In this document: one piece after another, positions 48,957-62,284 of the stretch
Layout: every line of letters starts with the position of its first letter
Numbering within the stretch: the first letter of the stretch is position 1
Assembly (NCBI GenBank): GCA_030704615.1
Contig: CM060732.1
Span: forward strand, 50,158,001 to 50,222,000
DNA from: Takakia lepidozioides
Lineage: Eukaryota; Plantae; Bryophyta
Length of the DNA: 64,000 nt
Reading direction: 5' to 3'
Notes under the pieces: generated by a model
Told to the model about the DNA's origin: nothing
Database searches by the model: none
Seen by the model: the letters and a program-made list of their open reading frames with translations, nothing else
Made by a program: the position numbers and the translations under genes

Positions 48957-51900
48957 ACTCCTGCAAGCACCCCACCTTCAGGTTCAAATGCATTTTGGGG
49001 CAATGGAATGGCTGGAGTAACTGCCATTCTGGAAAAGAGAATCCAGCCCATTGAGAGTGAAAAGCCTAGAGAATTTATCTTAGAAGCTCTCCATTTCAAC
49101 TCCCAATCCCCTAGCACAGGACCAATAAATTGTATTAAAACACAAAGCATTTCTGTATTGTTACTTTGTACAACTCCTCCATCCCATATGGGCAGAAGGC
49201 TTCTTATCCCACATCACAATGGTGCTTCAACATATTTAAGGTGTAGGTCCAACCAGCAAACATGGAGTCAGCTTGGAATACAGAGAAAGCCCACTAATTA
49301 CATCTGCTACCACGTCTATATACCTAAGGGTCTGGATCCAGTAGTAGTGTCACCGATCACGTGCCTCCCAAATCTCTAAATTTGAACCAGAGCAACCCTT
49401 AAGTGCACTGGGGAAAGCTCCATCTGACAGCCTGCCTTTGGAATTGTTACATGATGATCGTGACAATAAAGACTCACTTGCCTGATGTTCTAGCATGTGA
49501 ATTCGGAAAGATGGTTGGAAAAGATCTTCGCGACGACTCCACCAACCCCCGCAGTAGCCGAAAGGGATTCGGCCAAGGTAATCTCTCTCTTCAACGACCC
49601 TCTCTGTCTTTCCCAAGCAAGATCAAAACCACAATCCACACTGATTTCAGAACCCCAAAAGGCATTCAAAGTCGCGAGTCGAGATCAGCATGGACACGCA
49701 CTATTGTTTGTTTTTACATACATAAGCTCAAAATTTAAGCCCCAGTTTCCATCCAACACGAAAACATGCAGAATGACAAAGAATTGACCCTCTGCTCAAT
49801 GTAAACTCTACAGTACAATCCTGATGGCCTAGTAAGAAAAAAGTCTATTGCTCTCACATACTTCAGCTAAAAACCAAAAACCAATATACACCCTGAACAG
49901 AACAACGGAATGACACAGATTTCACCCTCTAATCACTAGAATTCTTCCAGATACATCCAAATTCCCCTGTGCTGCCACTATCACTCGCCCACTAGCACAT
50001 TGTGTTCCTTCCTGGACCAACAGAAGTTTCACATTTCAAAACTAGAAAAAATGCCGATATTCACGAGCAATTCCACCCAGCATAAGGCAGATTTCAACCA
50101 GCCCCATGCTGCAGGGTGAGAAGTACCGGAAGAAGTAGAGTGCAGGAGTGAATCCCAGAGACGCAGATGTGTCAGAGCACACTAGAATCGTCAGAAACAA
50201 AAGCTCTATAAGCCTCAACAGCTCATCTCTTCAAATCTATCACATCGCCAGCACGCACCTCTGCAATTCAATTCTGACACGAAGAAGACGAGAGACATGG
50301 AGTCCATCGAGGTGGAGCACGAGAACAAGATCTTTACGCTCCCAGTCTTCCTCTGTGCGCTGGCACCACGTCATTCGTTACAAATCGTCTGTAAGGGACG
50401 GCCCAGATCATCTACATGAAGATGTATTTGTTTCCATTTCAAATTTCCATTTGTCAGAAATATACGTCCTAAAATTAACACCTAACTTACCACCTGGCAG
50501 ACAGGCGTCACCACCACCATGCACTGCAGCTACAGCTCGGCACGTGGCAACATTTCAGTTGGGCGGGTGATGGGGACGGATGGATGAAATATTTGGGCGG
50601 CGCTCTGCACCAATCATCCGTGAACATTCGTCGACAATGTTGCCCTTTCATCTAAAGACATTCATCCATCTCAGCGATAGAGCTTGGTTAAGTCCATACT
50701 CCAAACCCCAGAGTAAACAATGGGGTGATGATAATGTGATAGAGAAGAACAATATCCAAGCTCTTCTTTCCCATTCCATATTGCCCTCAGATAGAGATTG
50801 TCACAGATTCTCATATAAGGAGAGAGCACCCTGAGGTGGGAGAGATTGAAAAACCGCATTCTCCGTATTCGGTTACTACTACGAAGATTTTGTCTTATTC
50901 AATCTGCAGAATAGAAACCCTCTGGAACATGAGCGACAAAACAGCACTGACAATGGTTTCTTATGCAGTCAATATTAATGTGGTTGCTCACTGTTTAGAA
51001 ATGCTCTGACCACCTTGAGAAATGGCGGCAGGGGTGTTGTTGAATTCAAATGCTCACAACAGATTCTTGGGACATGTGAGACACAAACAATAGAAATACC
51101 ATTTTCAAAGAGTACATGTGGCACAATGAGCACTATGGCAGAGGTAGGCCACAAATGCCATGCATCTAACAGAAACTCATACTTTAGGTGTGTCAGGTCA
51201 CCTTTGTCCAGGCACTGACGTGATCACCATGAAAATTTGGTGATCTCGTGTATGACTTGCATACACAAGCTTCAATAAGATAGCTCCACCTCCAAATGAT
51301 GAGAGGCTGGTCATCCCAGTTTCTGGTTTGCCAGTTTGCACATACACAGCTTAGCCTATGCTAAGTTATTACAGAGAACCAGCTACCCCTACAAAACTGT
51401 ACAACAGTACACAACAGACAGCAAGACAGCATCCATAATGGCTGCCACTGACTTAATAGGGAGAACATAATCCCAACTAAGATCATAAGAGTAGTTTCAA
51501 ACTTTTTCCAATGAAGAGTTTAGGAGGACAGCTGAGTTTCAACCTCTCCAAAAGTACGGACTGGGATCATGGATGACAGATCCCTAGCATCTGCAGATCG
51601 AAAGCAGGCCTGCCTTATTTCGACCCTGATTGCCCCTGCTTTGTTGCCTACACTGCTAATTTGCAGGGCAGTCTCCTCCTCCTCACCCTTGGCTCGCCTT
51701 CCTTTCAACTTTTGCCCTAACTCTGTAACAATATCAAAATCATATTTCCATGAGGTCTGTATCCACCTGAAGAAATAGCAACAATATCCACATATGGCTG
51801 ATTTACAGCCAAGTAAGAATATCTGTGCTCACTGACCATTCCCATGCAAACAGATGCTATGCGATACAATTAAGGATGGTCTCTGTTGGATACTGACTCT

Positions 51901-52749
51901 CCTTGGGCTGGTTATGGAATTGCTGCCGATAGGGTTATGAGACTCATGCTCCCGTCCTGAAATTACCATATCACTTGCGCACATGCCAACCAAGATCCAA
52001 TTACAGGGTGTGGGTGTTCGTTTATGGGTAGGCATTAATTACATCATGGTGGAGTATTCCAGCCCTAAGTCTATAGCTCTCTAGATTTCAGAGATGCCAG
52101 ACATGCAGGTGAGGTTGCACTGTCAGCTGGATTGTTGAGGAATTGCAGACAGAAAGAGATGGGAGGGAGGGAGGGAGGCATGGGGTCAAAAACTGTCATT
52201 GTTTTGGACTGTCAGGACCACAGCTGTGCAAGGACAGAAATAAGGGCAAGAAGACTGTGACAGCAGTACTACAAGAATAACCATACAAACAAAAGTACCC
52301 CATCAAGGCACCTCTGAAAAGCAGGAGTTTGGCATATAGCCACTAAGCATACAGGTCAATGAGTCAGAATAGACACACATAAAAAGAACTAGTAGCACAA
52401 TTCAACCCCAGCTGCGAAAGCTGTGACCAGAGCAATAGTAAGAGCAAGCTACCAGCAACTGATCAATCTACAGCCTACCAAACCCTAAAAAGACTCTTAG
52501 AATTCCACCTTTGGACGATCAGACTACCTCTAAAAAATACGTACATTCCCGTTCCTCTCCCTACCAATCTCTCCTTCGTCCCATTTTCATCTCCGGCTCC
52601 GATATCGCCGTCTCAACTACCCATGATTGATAAGAACTGTGACACGCATAATGCGCCAGCGCACACAAGCTAAAATTCCTCTCTCCGTTCAAGTGACAGA
52701 AAATTGCGGGGATTAATCAACCAACCTGTGATTCTCAGAGACCCGGGGA

Positions 52750-53379
52750 TCAACAACTGCATCCACCACTTGCGCTAGCAGATGCATCCGCAGGTTGGCC
52801 TGGTCTTAGAAGATTCTTCCTAACCGATGTAGTATCCGCAGTCAAGCTGGGGGTATCAACTATCTTTTGCACGAGTTCCTCGAAACAGCGTTGAACGTTG
52901 ATGCTTGTCTTAGCACTGGCCTCAAGAAACAAACACCCATGTTGCCTGGCGAACGCAACTCCTTCCTTCTTACTCACCACACGCTCTGATTCTTCCAGAT
53001 CAACCTTGTTTCCAATCAGCATTTTAATGCAATCCTCATTCGTTGAGTACCGCTCAACCTCTTTCAACCACACATCCGACAAATTGGTGAATGTCGCCCG
53101 CCTTGTAACATCATACACCAGGATGACACCTTGCGCACCTCTGTAATACGAACTTGTCAGTGTGCGAAACCTCTCCTGGCCAGCCGTGTCCCAGATTGTG
53201 AGCTTCAGCCTCTGGCCCTGGAGTGTCATCATCTTCAGCTTGAAATCCACTCCAACAGTCGGGGAGAGATCATCAAATGTATCCGCAGTGAACCGAAGAA
53301 GAAGACTGCTCTTTCCCACACCCGAGTCTCCTATCAACAAAATCTTAAACAAGTGATCAAAATCACCAGGCCCAGCCAT
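52750..53379 (-). CDS. RABC: Rab GTPase, RABC (Rab18) clade, intronless CDS, 209 aa
   Basis: GDSGVGKSS, effector LSPTVGVDF, WDTAGQERFRTLTSSYYRGAQG, GNKVD, EASAK, C-terminal CXC (GGCSC). The ATG at 53379 (MAGPGDFD) is preferred over the track's upstream start. Confidence 0.95.
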   Translation of the reverse strand: MAGPGDFDHLFKILLIGDSGVGKSSLLLRFTADTFDDLSPTVGVDFKLKMMTLQGQRLKLTIWDTAGQERFRTLTSSYYRGAQGVILVYDVTRRATFTNLSDVWLKEVERYSTNEDCIKMLIGNKVDLEESERVVSKKEGVAFARQHGCLFLEASAKTSINVQRCFEELVQKIVDTPSLTADTTSVRKNLLRPGQPADASASASGGCSC

Positions 53380-53749
53380 GCTTCTCCTCCTCTGCCGTCC
53401 AAATTCTACCAATATGTAGCTAACCAAAGAATCTGTTGCGTCTACCTCAAAAATCTCAAGCCTAGTTTACAGAATCTTGAGTGAAAGAAATCTGCATGCA
53501 TCAAGCAACCAAATCTCAGACCGCCTTCGCTCTCACTTGTCTCTCCACGTAGTTGCATACCTGTCTTGAAATCCTCCATCCTAGGGTTTTCACACGTGTC
53601 ATAGAAATAATATCCCAGCCGATGATCTCTTAAAAAATGACGGCACAGATCCAATTTTAATAGCGTTAGATCTTACGATTCAGAATCGGTTTATTCTCAA
53701 CAAAGGTCAGTTCGTCGACGAACAAGTTACCCATGAATTGTGCGAGGCC

Positions 53750-53832
53750 TTCTTCTTCTTCTTCTTCTTCTTCTTCTTCGTCTTCTGCAGTCTGCGGTAA
53801 TAGGTAGCTTTCTTTCTTTCTTTCTTTCTTTC
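53750..53832. repeat. (TTC)n and (TTTC)n microsatellites at the RABC 5' end
   Basis: About 10 ttc units at 53750-53779 and about 5 tttc units at 53809-53832. Confidence 0.85.
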
Positions 53833-55702
53833 TCAATCTAAATTGCTTCGCGCACAGCCCTGGTTCGAAGCTACACGAGACACGACACACCATACTTGTC
53901 ATTGCATCAACGTCAGTTATCCCATGCTTCAATCCTCGCTCTCACGCAGTCATGATCGAAATGCGTCGGCGCTTTTGGATTCAGACTGGACTTTCGAGTA
54001 CAAATGCCTTGAAACTTCTGCCAAAATTCCTTGGGTTTCCGTTGGAGTTAAAAATGAAGTTCCTTGCTTGCTTCCTTCCTTCTCTCGCAATTTCTTTCAA
54101 AACAGGACGTAGGCTGTATATAATATAGTCGTATCGTCATTCATTGATGTACGGGTCTGTTCTTATCTATAATCTGTCCTTTTCAAACATCATGAACAGG
54201 CCTGATCTGTACATTTTGCTTCCTGCAACCTTCGTTACGAACGCTGTTTGTCAGAGCCTACAGATACGCCACGATATATCCTGCTAAGTTTCTCCCAGTA
54301 TATGGTACACCATTTAAGTAATAAGCGTTGCTGAGCGAGCTCCTCGATCCCAGTTGACTACCTCATACTCAGTTAGGTAGGTATGTGAGCCTCACATTCG
54401 GTCCACTGTGTGCCGTTGTCAGGGTAAGAAGGAGGATGCAATCCTCCATGGGGCAGCCCTCTGTTTCACCCATAACCCCTTTGAACGAAGGGTGGCCCCA
54501 TGACCCGCCCTCACACGTAGTTAGGCCGTGGCGGGGTGCGGGAGATTTCACCCCACCTTTGGTTGGGCCGCCGGACGGGAACCCTTGCAAAGGCACAGAC
54601 GGCGGACACGGAATCTCTGGATTCTATTCTGATGCCATTTCCATTTGTCCACAGTTTAGCCCTGTTTAGCTAATGGCGAGCTGATGCACAAAATAGAGCG
54701 TGTGATTGGGCTCTTTGTAGGAAAAATTAAACCGGCTGACTGACCAATTTGCAAGCACATGACAGAAAAATCCTATTTATCCCATAACGTTTGCCGCCTT
54801 CCCTCGAGAATCTGCTTGTATACACTCGCAGTCATGTCCTACCAATGCCTTGCGAAGGTGACGAGATGAGAGTGATATAATGCGAGGCCTTATAGAGCAT
54901 ACAAACATGTCATGGTGGTGGCGGATATATCACAAGTCCATCCACATCTTCGGTTTTGTTTCTAGTGCAATTGACTGGTTACTCTTGCAGTTTGTCTATC
55001 ATTCGAATTATGGAGGGATGTACGTAAGCGGGCCTTCAATTCAAATTCCTATCTGTAGCTTTTGACTACCTTAGAGGCCGCTCTATTTCGACAGACCCGC
55101 CGGAATCATTAAATACATGCAGGTCACAAGGTTCAGCAGGCTTGACAATATTAATTTTTTCAATTAGGCTTCATCCAATTTTTCAGGAGATCGGCACTCA
55201 TGGGTACTTCTCATTAAATTAGGTGGGCCATGTCAAGATTCATGTATAGTTAACATTCTCTCTGTCCTAGGTTATAGTTTTGGTTAACCATAACTCTCTA
55301 GCAAGACATAGTCATGGTTAGTGGTAAACATGTTTAAACTTTGTATTTTTTTTTCCTTTCAAACTTGACGTTTTCACTATCATATTGCCACCTTTTGTTT
55401 TCAAAGTTCATCTTTTTAAATAAAGATTATTCCCATATTTCGTCTACTACCAGGGTAGAATTTTTAAAATATTCATTCTCTCTTAAAGTGAATTAATTAA
55501 TGTCAGAATAGACCGACCTCTACGTATTGGGCTTTCCAACTTTCATAAAACACTCATACACGCAAAGACTTACTACACTTCTCCCATGCGTCCAACAATA
55601 TAGCTAAAGGATTGTCGTGTGGGTTCCGTTTTATTTTGCGAGGTCATTGTTACTAGCTTATCAGGAACTTTTTTCCATTCTGTTTTTCTATTCATGCATT
55701 TA

Positions 55703-55737
55703 TCATCCATCATCCATCATCCATCATCCATCATCCG
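55703..55737. repeat. (CATCCAT)n-like simple repeat
   Basis: atcatccatcatccatcatccatcatccatcatccg is directly visible. Confidence 0.8.
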
Positions 55738-56442
55738 TCAGAGCGAAGGGGGCCTCTGTCCAAGGCTGCTGTTGTTGACAGTGTGAACATGTTCAATTTC
55801 TGGCCATGGAGGGAAAATCCCACATGTGCTTGAAATCAGCCCATTTGGGCTGACACACTGGACATTTGTTCTCTAGTTAATTTGTTAATGTTTTCCCAAT
55901 TTAGGGATCTAAATTTGGGACCTCAATTGGGGGGCATCCAAATTTGGGCAGGTCAAAGGCCAACCCACAACAGTGGAAAGAATTTCACACCTATTCAGCC
56001 TTATATTTTGGGCCGCTAATCAGAAATTTAGTTGCTGCCAATGAACTTGAAAAAGAAACAAAAAACAAAAAAAAACTTGAATGCAATATGTAAAATGACT
56101 CCAAGGACGACCATTCCATCTGTTTCAAACCATGACCGTGGAAATTTCATTCATTCACTCCGCCCGCGGCACGACTCGAGCTTATTCCAGCAGCACGGCC
56201 GAATGACAATTACAGCCCTTTCACGGTCATGGCGGTGTATTTGGTCATGGCGGTGTATTTTTTTGCAAAGAAAAAATATTGCGAACACCCGTAAGGGAAC
56301 TCCACCAGGACACCCGGTCCCGGCCGACAACCAACCTTTTAATTACGTAGCGCTAGCGCAGGTAACCCAATGGGTTGGTGTTTGTGCTTTCCCTGTGCAT
56401 AACGAAGCTCATCTATTAAATTTTTATTATTATTATAGCTTT

Positions 56443-56530
56443 GTAGCCTTATGGCCTTTGAGGTTATTTTTTCCTCATTTAATAATTTGATTAAAAGGGC
56501 CTCCGTCCCCCTTTATTTTTATTTTTATTT
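56443..56530 (+). mobile_element. Severely 5'-truncated 3' end of the same L1 family, in the CSLD upstream region
   Basis: agccttatggcctttgaggttattttttcctcatttaataatttgattaaaagggcctccgtcccc aligns with the LINE 3' end (reverse complement of about 19740-19806: agcctcatggcctcccttggtggttattttttcaattaatttgatcagcaggcctctgtcccc). Confidence 0.55.
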
Positions 56531-56897
56531 ACAATATAATATAATATAATATAATTTAATTTAGTATACTTTACTTCAGGCACTATATTTCTTAATCACT
56601 CTTCCTCCGAGAGGAGTCCTCTTTCTTTCTTTCTTACATACCATCTCGCTAGGGACAAATGGCACGTCAGCAGGAATTTCAGGGCGTCCGATTGAGAGAG
56701 CATCTACGGCCACGCGCGTTTAACCGTTGGCGGTAATTGTTTTTAATTATAATTAATTAAAAACACTAATTATTATTAAGAAAGTATTGCCAGCCTTTGT
56801 CCTCCGCGGCTGTCCTCGACTGAGAGTTTTCCTTGAGAGCCTCGCGAGCGTGTCTGTGCACCTCTGCACGCCCTGCTCGAGACCTTGCTTGCTTGCT

Positions 56898-57164
56898 GGC
56901 TGGCCTCTGCTTGTTTCCGTGCTTGGCCGTCTATCGCACTGCTTTCCATCCTCCTCTCTTTACCCATCTTGGAGTTTCTTTCTGTAAGGAGGATCTGGGA
57001 AGAGAGTGAAGCTTTTTTACTCGGCATCGGCTGGCCTCTGCTTGTTTCCGTGCTTGGCCGTCTATCGCACTGCTTTCCATCCTCCTCTCTTTACCCATCT
57101 TGGAGTTTCTTTCTGTAAGGAGGATCTGGGAAGAGAGTGAAGCTTTTTTACTCGGCATCGGCTG
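56898..57164. repeat. Perfect tandem duplication, period 131 bp, in the CSLD leader
   Basis: 56900-57030 and 57031-57161 are base-for-base identical on manual comparison. Confidence 0.95.
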
Positions 57165-57389
57165 CTTGCTGGTTCCAAGTTTGGGGTGCGTTGCAATGCT
57201 GGAGCGGCTGGTTGCCCTTTCTTGGATGTGAGATCGACTGGGTTGGTGCTGCATTCTTTATATGCTGTTGACAACGTGAAGACAGTGGATAATTGGGCTG
57301 AGAGGTGGTGAAGAGAGGGTGTTGAGCGAGAGCTGGTGGAGGGTTGGAAAGGGCCATTGATGTGGGAGAGGTAGAGAGAAGGAACAGAG

Positions 57390-60300
57390 ATGGGGTCCCC
57401 GGCGTCGTCGTTGTCGATAACAGGCGGCCGATCGTTCAGAAACCTGGTGAAGGGAATTCAAAGCCCCCGGCCTGAGAAATCGAACTCTCCAACATCGACT
57501 GGCCATGCGCGGCGGACATCCAGTGGGAGGTATATTTCGCTCTCACGTGATGAGAGTGAGATGGGGGGGGAGGTGAACTCGGAGTTCCTCTACACGGTGC
57601 ACATTCCTGCCACTCCTGATCATCATACAATGTCGGCCACCCCGACGGTGCGGCCCATGGACCCTGGGATTGCTGTCAAAGCTGAGCAACAGTTTGTTTC
57701 CAGCACAATCTTTACAGGGGGGTTTAACAGCGCCACGCGTGGTCATGTCATGGAAAAGATGATGGAGACTGAAGCTACCCACCCGCAGCTTGCATGCGCC
57801 CGGGGCTTGACCTGTGCTGTTAATGGGTGTGACGGGAAAGCAATGAGGGATGAACGGGGTGCCGACATGATCCCGTGTGAATGCAGTTTCAAGATCTGTC
57901 GAGATTGCTACATTGATGCCCTCAATGGGTCTGGCAAGTGCCCAGGCTGCAAGGACGATTACAAATCCCCTGAAGAGAATAGCATGAACAGCGACGATGC
58001 CGACGCTCGGGCATTGCCTCCCCCAGGGAATGATTCCGCCAAGATGGAGCGTCGTTTGTCTCTCCTCAAGACTAACAATCCTGCCTTGCTGATGACTAAC
58101 CAGTTTTCTGATTTTGACCATGCTCGCTGGTTGTATGAAACCAAGGGAACCTATGGCTATGGCAACGCCGTGTGGCCGAAAGACGATGGCTATGCCGGGG
58201 GAAACAACTCAGGAATGGGTGCTCCTCCCAAGTTTAATGACAAGGCGAGGCGTCCTCTGTCCCGGAAATCGAACATCTCAGCTGGCATTCTTAGTCCCTA
58301 CAGGTAATAATGTTCCTGCCCTCTTCACCTCCCTCACTGTTACAGGAGCTCATGTTTGGTGAATGTCAGAAGTGAGGAAGCCTCTTGGATCATCTTTGCC
58401 TGCACCCACTATTCTGAGATTGGGGGCTCTCTCAGACTGAGATTTCTAGGCAATGAGAGGGAAATAAAAGGGGAGTCAAGAATGAACGGGCCTTCCAAGT
58501 TTACAGAGGTGTGGGCATTCTATTACCACTGGTTTCTATCACTAGTTCTGTTCTCTTGTGTTGATGAACAATCCCTATGCTTCCTCTGCAAAGCCGGAAG
58601 GTCTTGATTTTTTGAATACTTCTTCAAGATTGTTCCCTTCCCTGGATGGCTGTCTGCGTCTTCTCTGCATTTAATACCAAATTGTCGTTTGATTGCTTGA
58701 ACAGCTGAACGTCAAGCCAGCCTGATACTTTGCATTTTAAAATTGTCCCTTTTTGCTTATATCCATCTCATTAGAGGTTTGACATGGGATGCTGAAGGAA
58801 TGTCTGACAGGACTAGAGTGCCTCTGTTGTGTTTTGTTGACAGAAAATAAGTCTGCAGGGATAGTTGCCTCCTTGAACTTGGTGATACTGAATCCGAGAA
58901 TGTGACATTGATGAGTCAAATGCTTTCCGAGACACAAGCTAGCATTTGTGCATGGCAGTGGGGTTCAAAGACTTTGGTAGCAACTCTACAGTTTTGTCTA
59001 GATGATGGGTTATTCTTGAAATGCACCTTTCTTTCCTTTCTTATCAAACATGATATACATCCCTGGAATGGAAAGGACCATTTGCACGATGTCTTACTGT
59101 AAGTTGTGGATCTCACAATCACATTTTTGGTTGTCAGAGGAGGATCTTTCTTGAGTATGTTTGCAATCTTCTTCGACTCAAGGAAGAGATATCAAAAAAA
59201 TATGGGTCAACTGATGGAGTGTTTGAAACACTGATTGTATGCAGGTTGCTTGTAGTACTTCGCATGGTTGTTTTGGGGTTGTTCCTCGCATGGCGTGTGA
59301 GACACCCCAACAAGGATGCAGTCTGGCTGTGGGGGATGTCTGTTGTCTGTGAAATATGGTTTGCCTTTTCCTGGGTCCTTGACCAACTGCCTAAGCTGTG
59401 CCCTGTAAACCGTACCACTGACCTCCAAGTGCTGAAGGAAAAATTTGAAAGCCCCAGCCCTCAGAATCCTACTGGAAGGTCTGATTTGCCAGGGGTTGAT
59501 GTGTTCGTCTCAACAGCAGACCCTGAGAAAGAGCCCCCCTTGACAACGGCCAATACGCTCCTCTCTATCCTTGCCGCTGATTATCCTCTTGAGAAGCTCT
59601 CTTGCTATCTATCAGATGATGGTGGGGCCCTCCTCACATTTGAGGCCACAGCTGAGGCAGCAAGTTTTGCTCGAGTGTGGGTGCCTTTCTGCCGCAAGCA
59701 CAATATTGAGCCTCGGAATCCTGAAACATACTTCCTGCTGAAGGGGGATCCCACCAAGAACAAAGTGCGCCCTGATTTTGTTAGGGATCGCCGCCGAGTG
59801 AAGCGAGAGTATGATGAGTTCAAGGTACGGATCAATGGACTGCCTGAGGCTATCCGCCGCCGCTCAGATGCCTACAATGCCCACGAGGAAATTCGTGCTA
59901 AACGTTTACAAATTCAGACTGGCGATACTGGAGAGTCCCTCAATGTGGCTAAAGCCACTTGGATGGCTGATGGGACCCACTGGCCTGGTACTTGGACTGA
60001 ATCTGGGAAGGAGCATGGGCGTGGAGACCATGCAGGCATCATCCAGGTATAACCACACCTCTGGTCTCCGAGGGCAGGGGTAATTTGTATGTGCATGTGT
60101 CTCTATCCCTCCACATTGATCTCTTGGGCAGTAGTGTGTTGTTTCAGGGACACTACCGTAGGGTAAGAGCACGGTAATTCCCAGGTGTTATTCTTGCAGT
60201 TTGTGGTTTCCCAATTGCCATTGTTTTATGTTCACTCTTGCACATCTGATGCATGGGATGCCTGCCTCGGAAAACACAGGTGATGCTGGCCCCTCCCACT

Positions 60301-62284
60301 GCTGACCCTTTGATGGGCAGCCCTGATGAAGAGAACCTGATCGACACCACTGACATTGACATCCGCTTGCCTATGTTAGTCTATGTATCACGTGAGAAGC
60401 GACCAGGCTATGACCACAACAAGAAGGCTGGAGCCATGAATGCTCTTGTTCGCACAAGTGCAATCATGTCCAATGGACCCTTTATTCTCAATCTTGACTG
60501 TGACCACTACATATACAACTCACTTGCATTTCGTGAGGCAATGTGCTTTTTCATGGACAGAGGGGGAGATCGCATCGGTTATGTCCAGTTTCCCCAGCGG
60601 TTCGAAGGTGTCGATCCCAATGATCGGTATGCAAATCACAACACTGTCTTTTTTGACGTGAATATGAGAGCCCTGGACGGGCTGCAGGGCCCTGTCTATG
60701 TGGGTACTGGATGTGTGTTCCGGAGGATTGCCTTTTACGGGTTTGATCCTCCAAGGCATAAAGTTCATAGTGGGTGCTGGGAAACCCTCTGCTGTGAAAG
60801 AAACAGGAAGAAGAAAGCCCAAAGGAAAGAAGTGGAGGTGACATCTATGAATGCAGGAACGAGTGATGATGAAGATGATGTGGAAGCTATGATGCTACCC
60901 AAGCGCTACGGCAATTCCATGAGCTTCGTAGAATCGATTCCAGTAGCGCAGTTCCAGGGGCGTCCACTTGCAGACCAAGGGGTTCTTAATGCCCGGCCAG
61001 CAGGTGCACTGACGGCACCGCGGGATCCACTAGACGCGAGCACAGTCGCGGAGGCGATCAATGTGATTTCTTGCTACTATGAGGATAAAACAGAGTGGGG
61101 CGGGCGGGTGGGGTGGATTTATGGTTCTGTAACTGAGGATGTGGTGACCGGGTATAGGATGCACAATCGTGGTTGGCGATCCATCTACTGTGTGACCAAG
61201 CGTGATGCATTCCGCGGGACTGCCCCAATTAATCTTACTGATCGACTGCATCAGGTGAGCATGTTATGCTTGAAATATTCTAATATGTCATCCTACTTCG
61301 CAGGTCAAAACAAAGTGCAAGCTGTCAATAGTCATTACAAGATAAGAGGCAACACCAGGACAAGCTGACATCCTCATATTGCACCATTGCTGAAGATTGT
61401 AAATCAGCTATCATTTCGGAACAATTTGTTGTGGCAATCATTTTGCTTTCCTGGCCCAAAAGTCTAGAATTTATAATCTAACTGCCCACTGTACCATGTT
61501 TCAGGTGTTACGGTGGGCAACAGGGTCTGTCGAGATCTTCTTCTCACGCAACAATGCACTGTTTGCAAGTTCGCGCATGAAATTTCTGCAGCGGATTGCT
61601 TACCTCAATGTTGGCATCTACCCTTTCACATCCATCTTCCTTCTTGTCTACTGTTTCCTCCCAGCCCTATCTCTCTTCACGGGCGACTTCATTGTCGAGA
61701 ATCTTAACCTGTCCTTCTTGGTGTACCTCCTTACTATTACTGTTACTCTCTGCATGCTTGCACTCCTTGAGGTCAAGTGGTCAGGCATCACACTTGAAGA
61801 GTGGTGGCGGAATGAACAGTTTTGGGTCATTGGTGGCACAAGTGCCCATCTAGCGGCAGTGTTTCAGGGCCTACTGAAAGTTGTGGCGGGGGTCGACATT
61901 TCCTTTACCCTCACTTCAAAGTCAGGGACGGAGGAGGAAGGTGCTGAGTTTGCTGACCTCTACATTGTGAAGTGGTCTTTTCTAATGATACCTCCCATCA
62001 CCATCATGCTCATCAACCTCATAGCCATAGCAGTTGGTGTCTCACGCACCATATACAGTGAGATTCCCCAATGGAGCAAGCTCCTGGGTGGGGTGTTTTT
62101 CAGTCTCTGGGTATTATGCCATCTTTACCCATTTGCAAAGGGTCTTATGGGCAAGCGCGGTCGCACACCAACGATTGTTTATGTGTGGTCAGGCTTACTG
62201 GCTGTCATCATCTCTCTTTTGTGGGTCTACGTCAACCCTTCATCACAAAGTACTGTTACAGGTGGTGGATTTCAGTTCCCGTAG
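57390..62284 (+). CDS. CSLD: Cellulose synthase-like D glycosyltransferase (GT2), 4 exons
   Basis: Exons 57390-58303, 59245-60046, 60280-61254, 61505-62284. CSLD N-terminus ([30 protein letters not shown]) and RING-type CxxC region. Catalytic motifs [27 protein letters not shown], followed by C-terminal TM helices ending GGGFQFP. Confidence 0.96.

Noticed and set aside
54150-54180. 12-nt match to U2 snRNA (TCTGTTCTTATC)
   Set aside because: No U2 5' end, branch-pairing GTAGTA, Sm site or USE/TATA promoter.
362-62284. CBP60, NLR, F-box, BRO1, RABC and CSLD as a co-functional immunity/trafficking cluster
   Set aside because: These are common gene families in mixed orientations separated by TE debris. 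Nothing in the sequence shows co-regulation; conserved synteny and co-expression would be needed.
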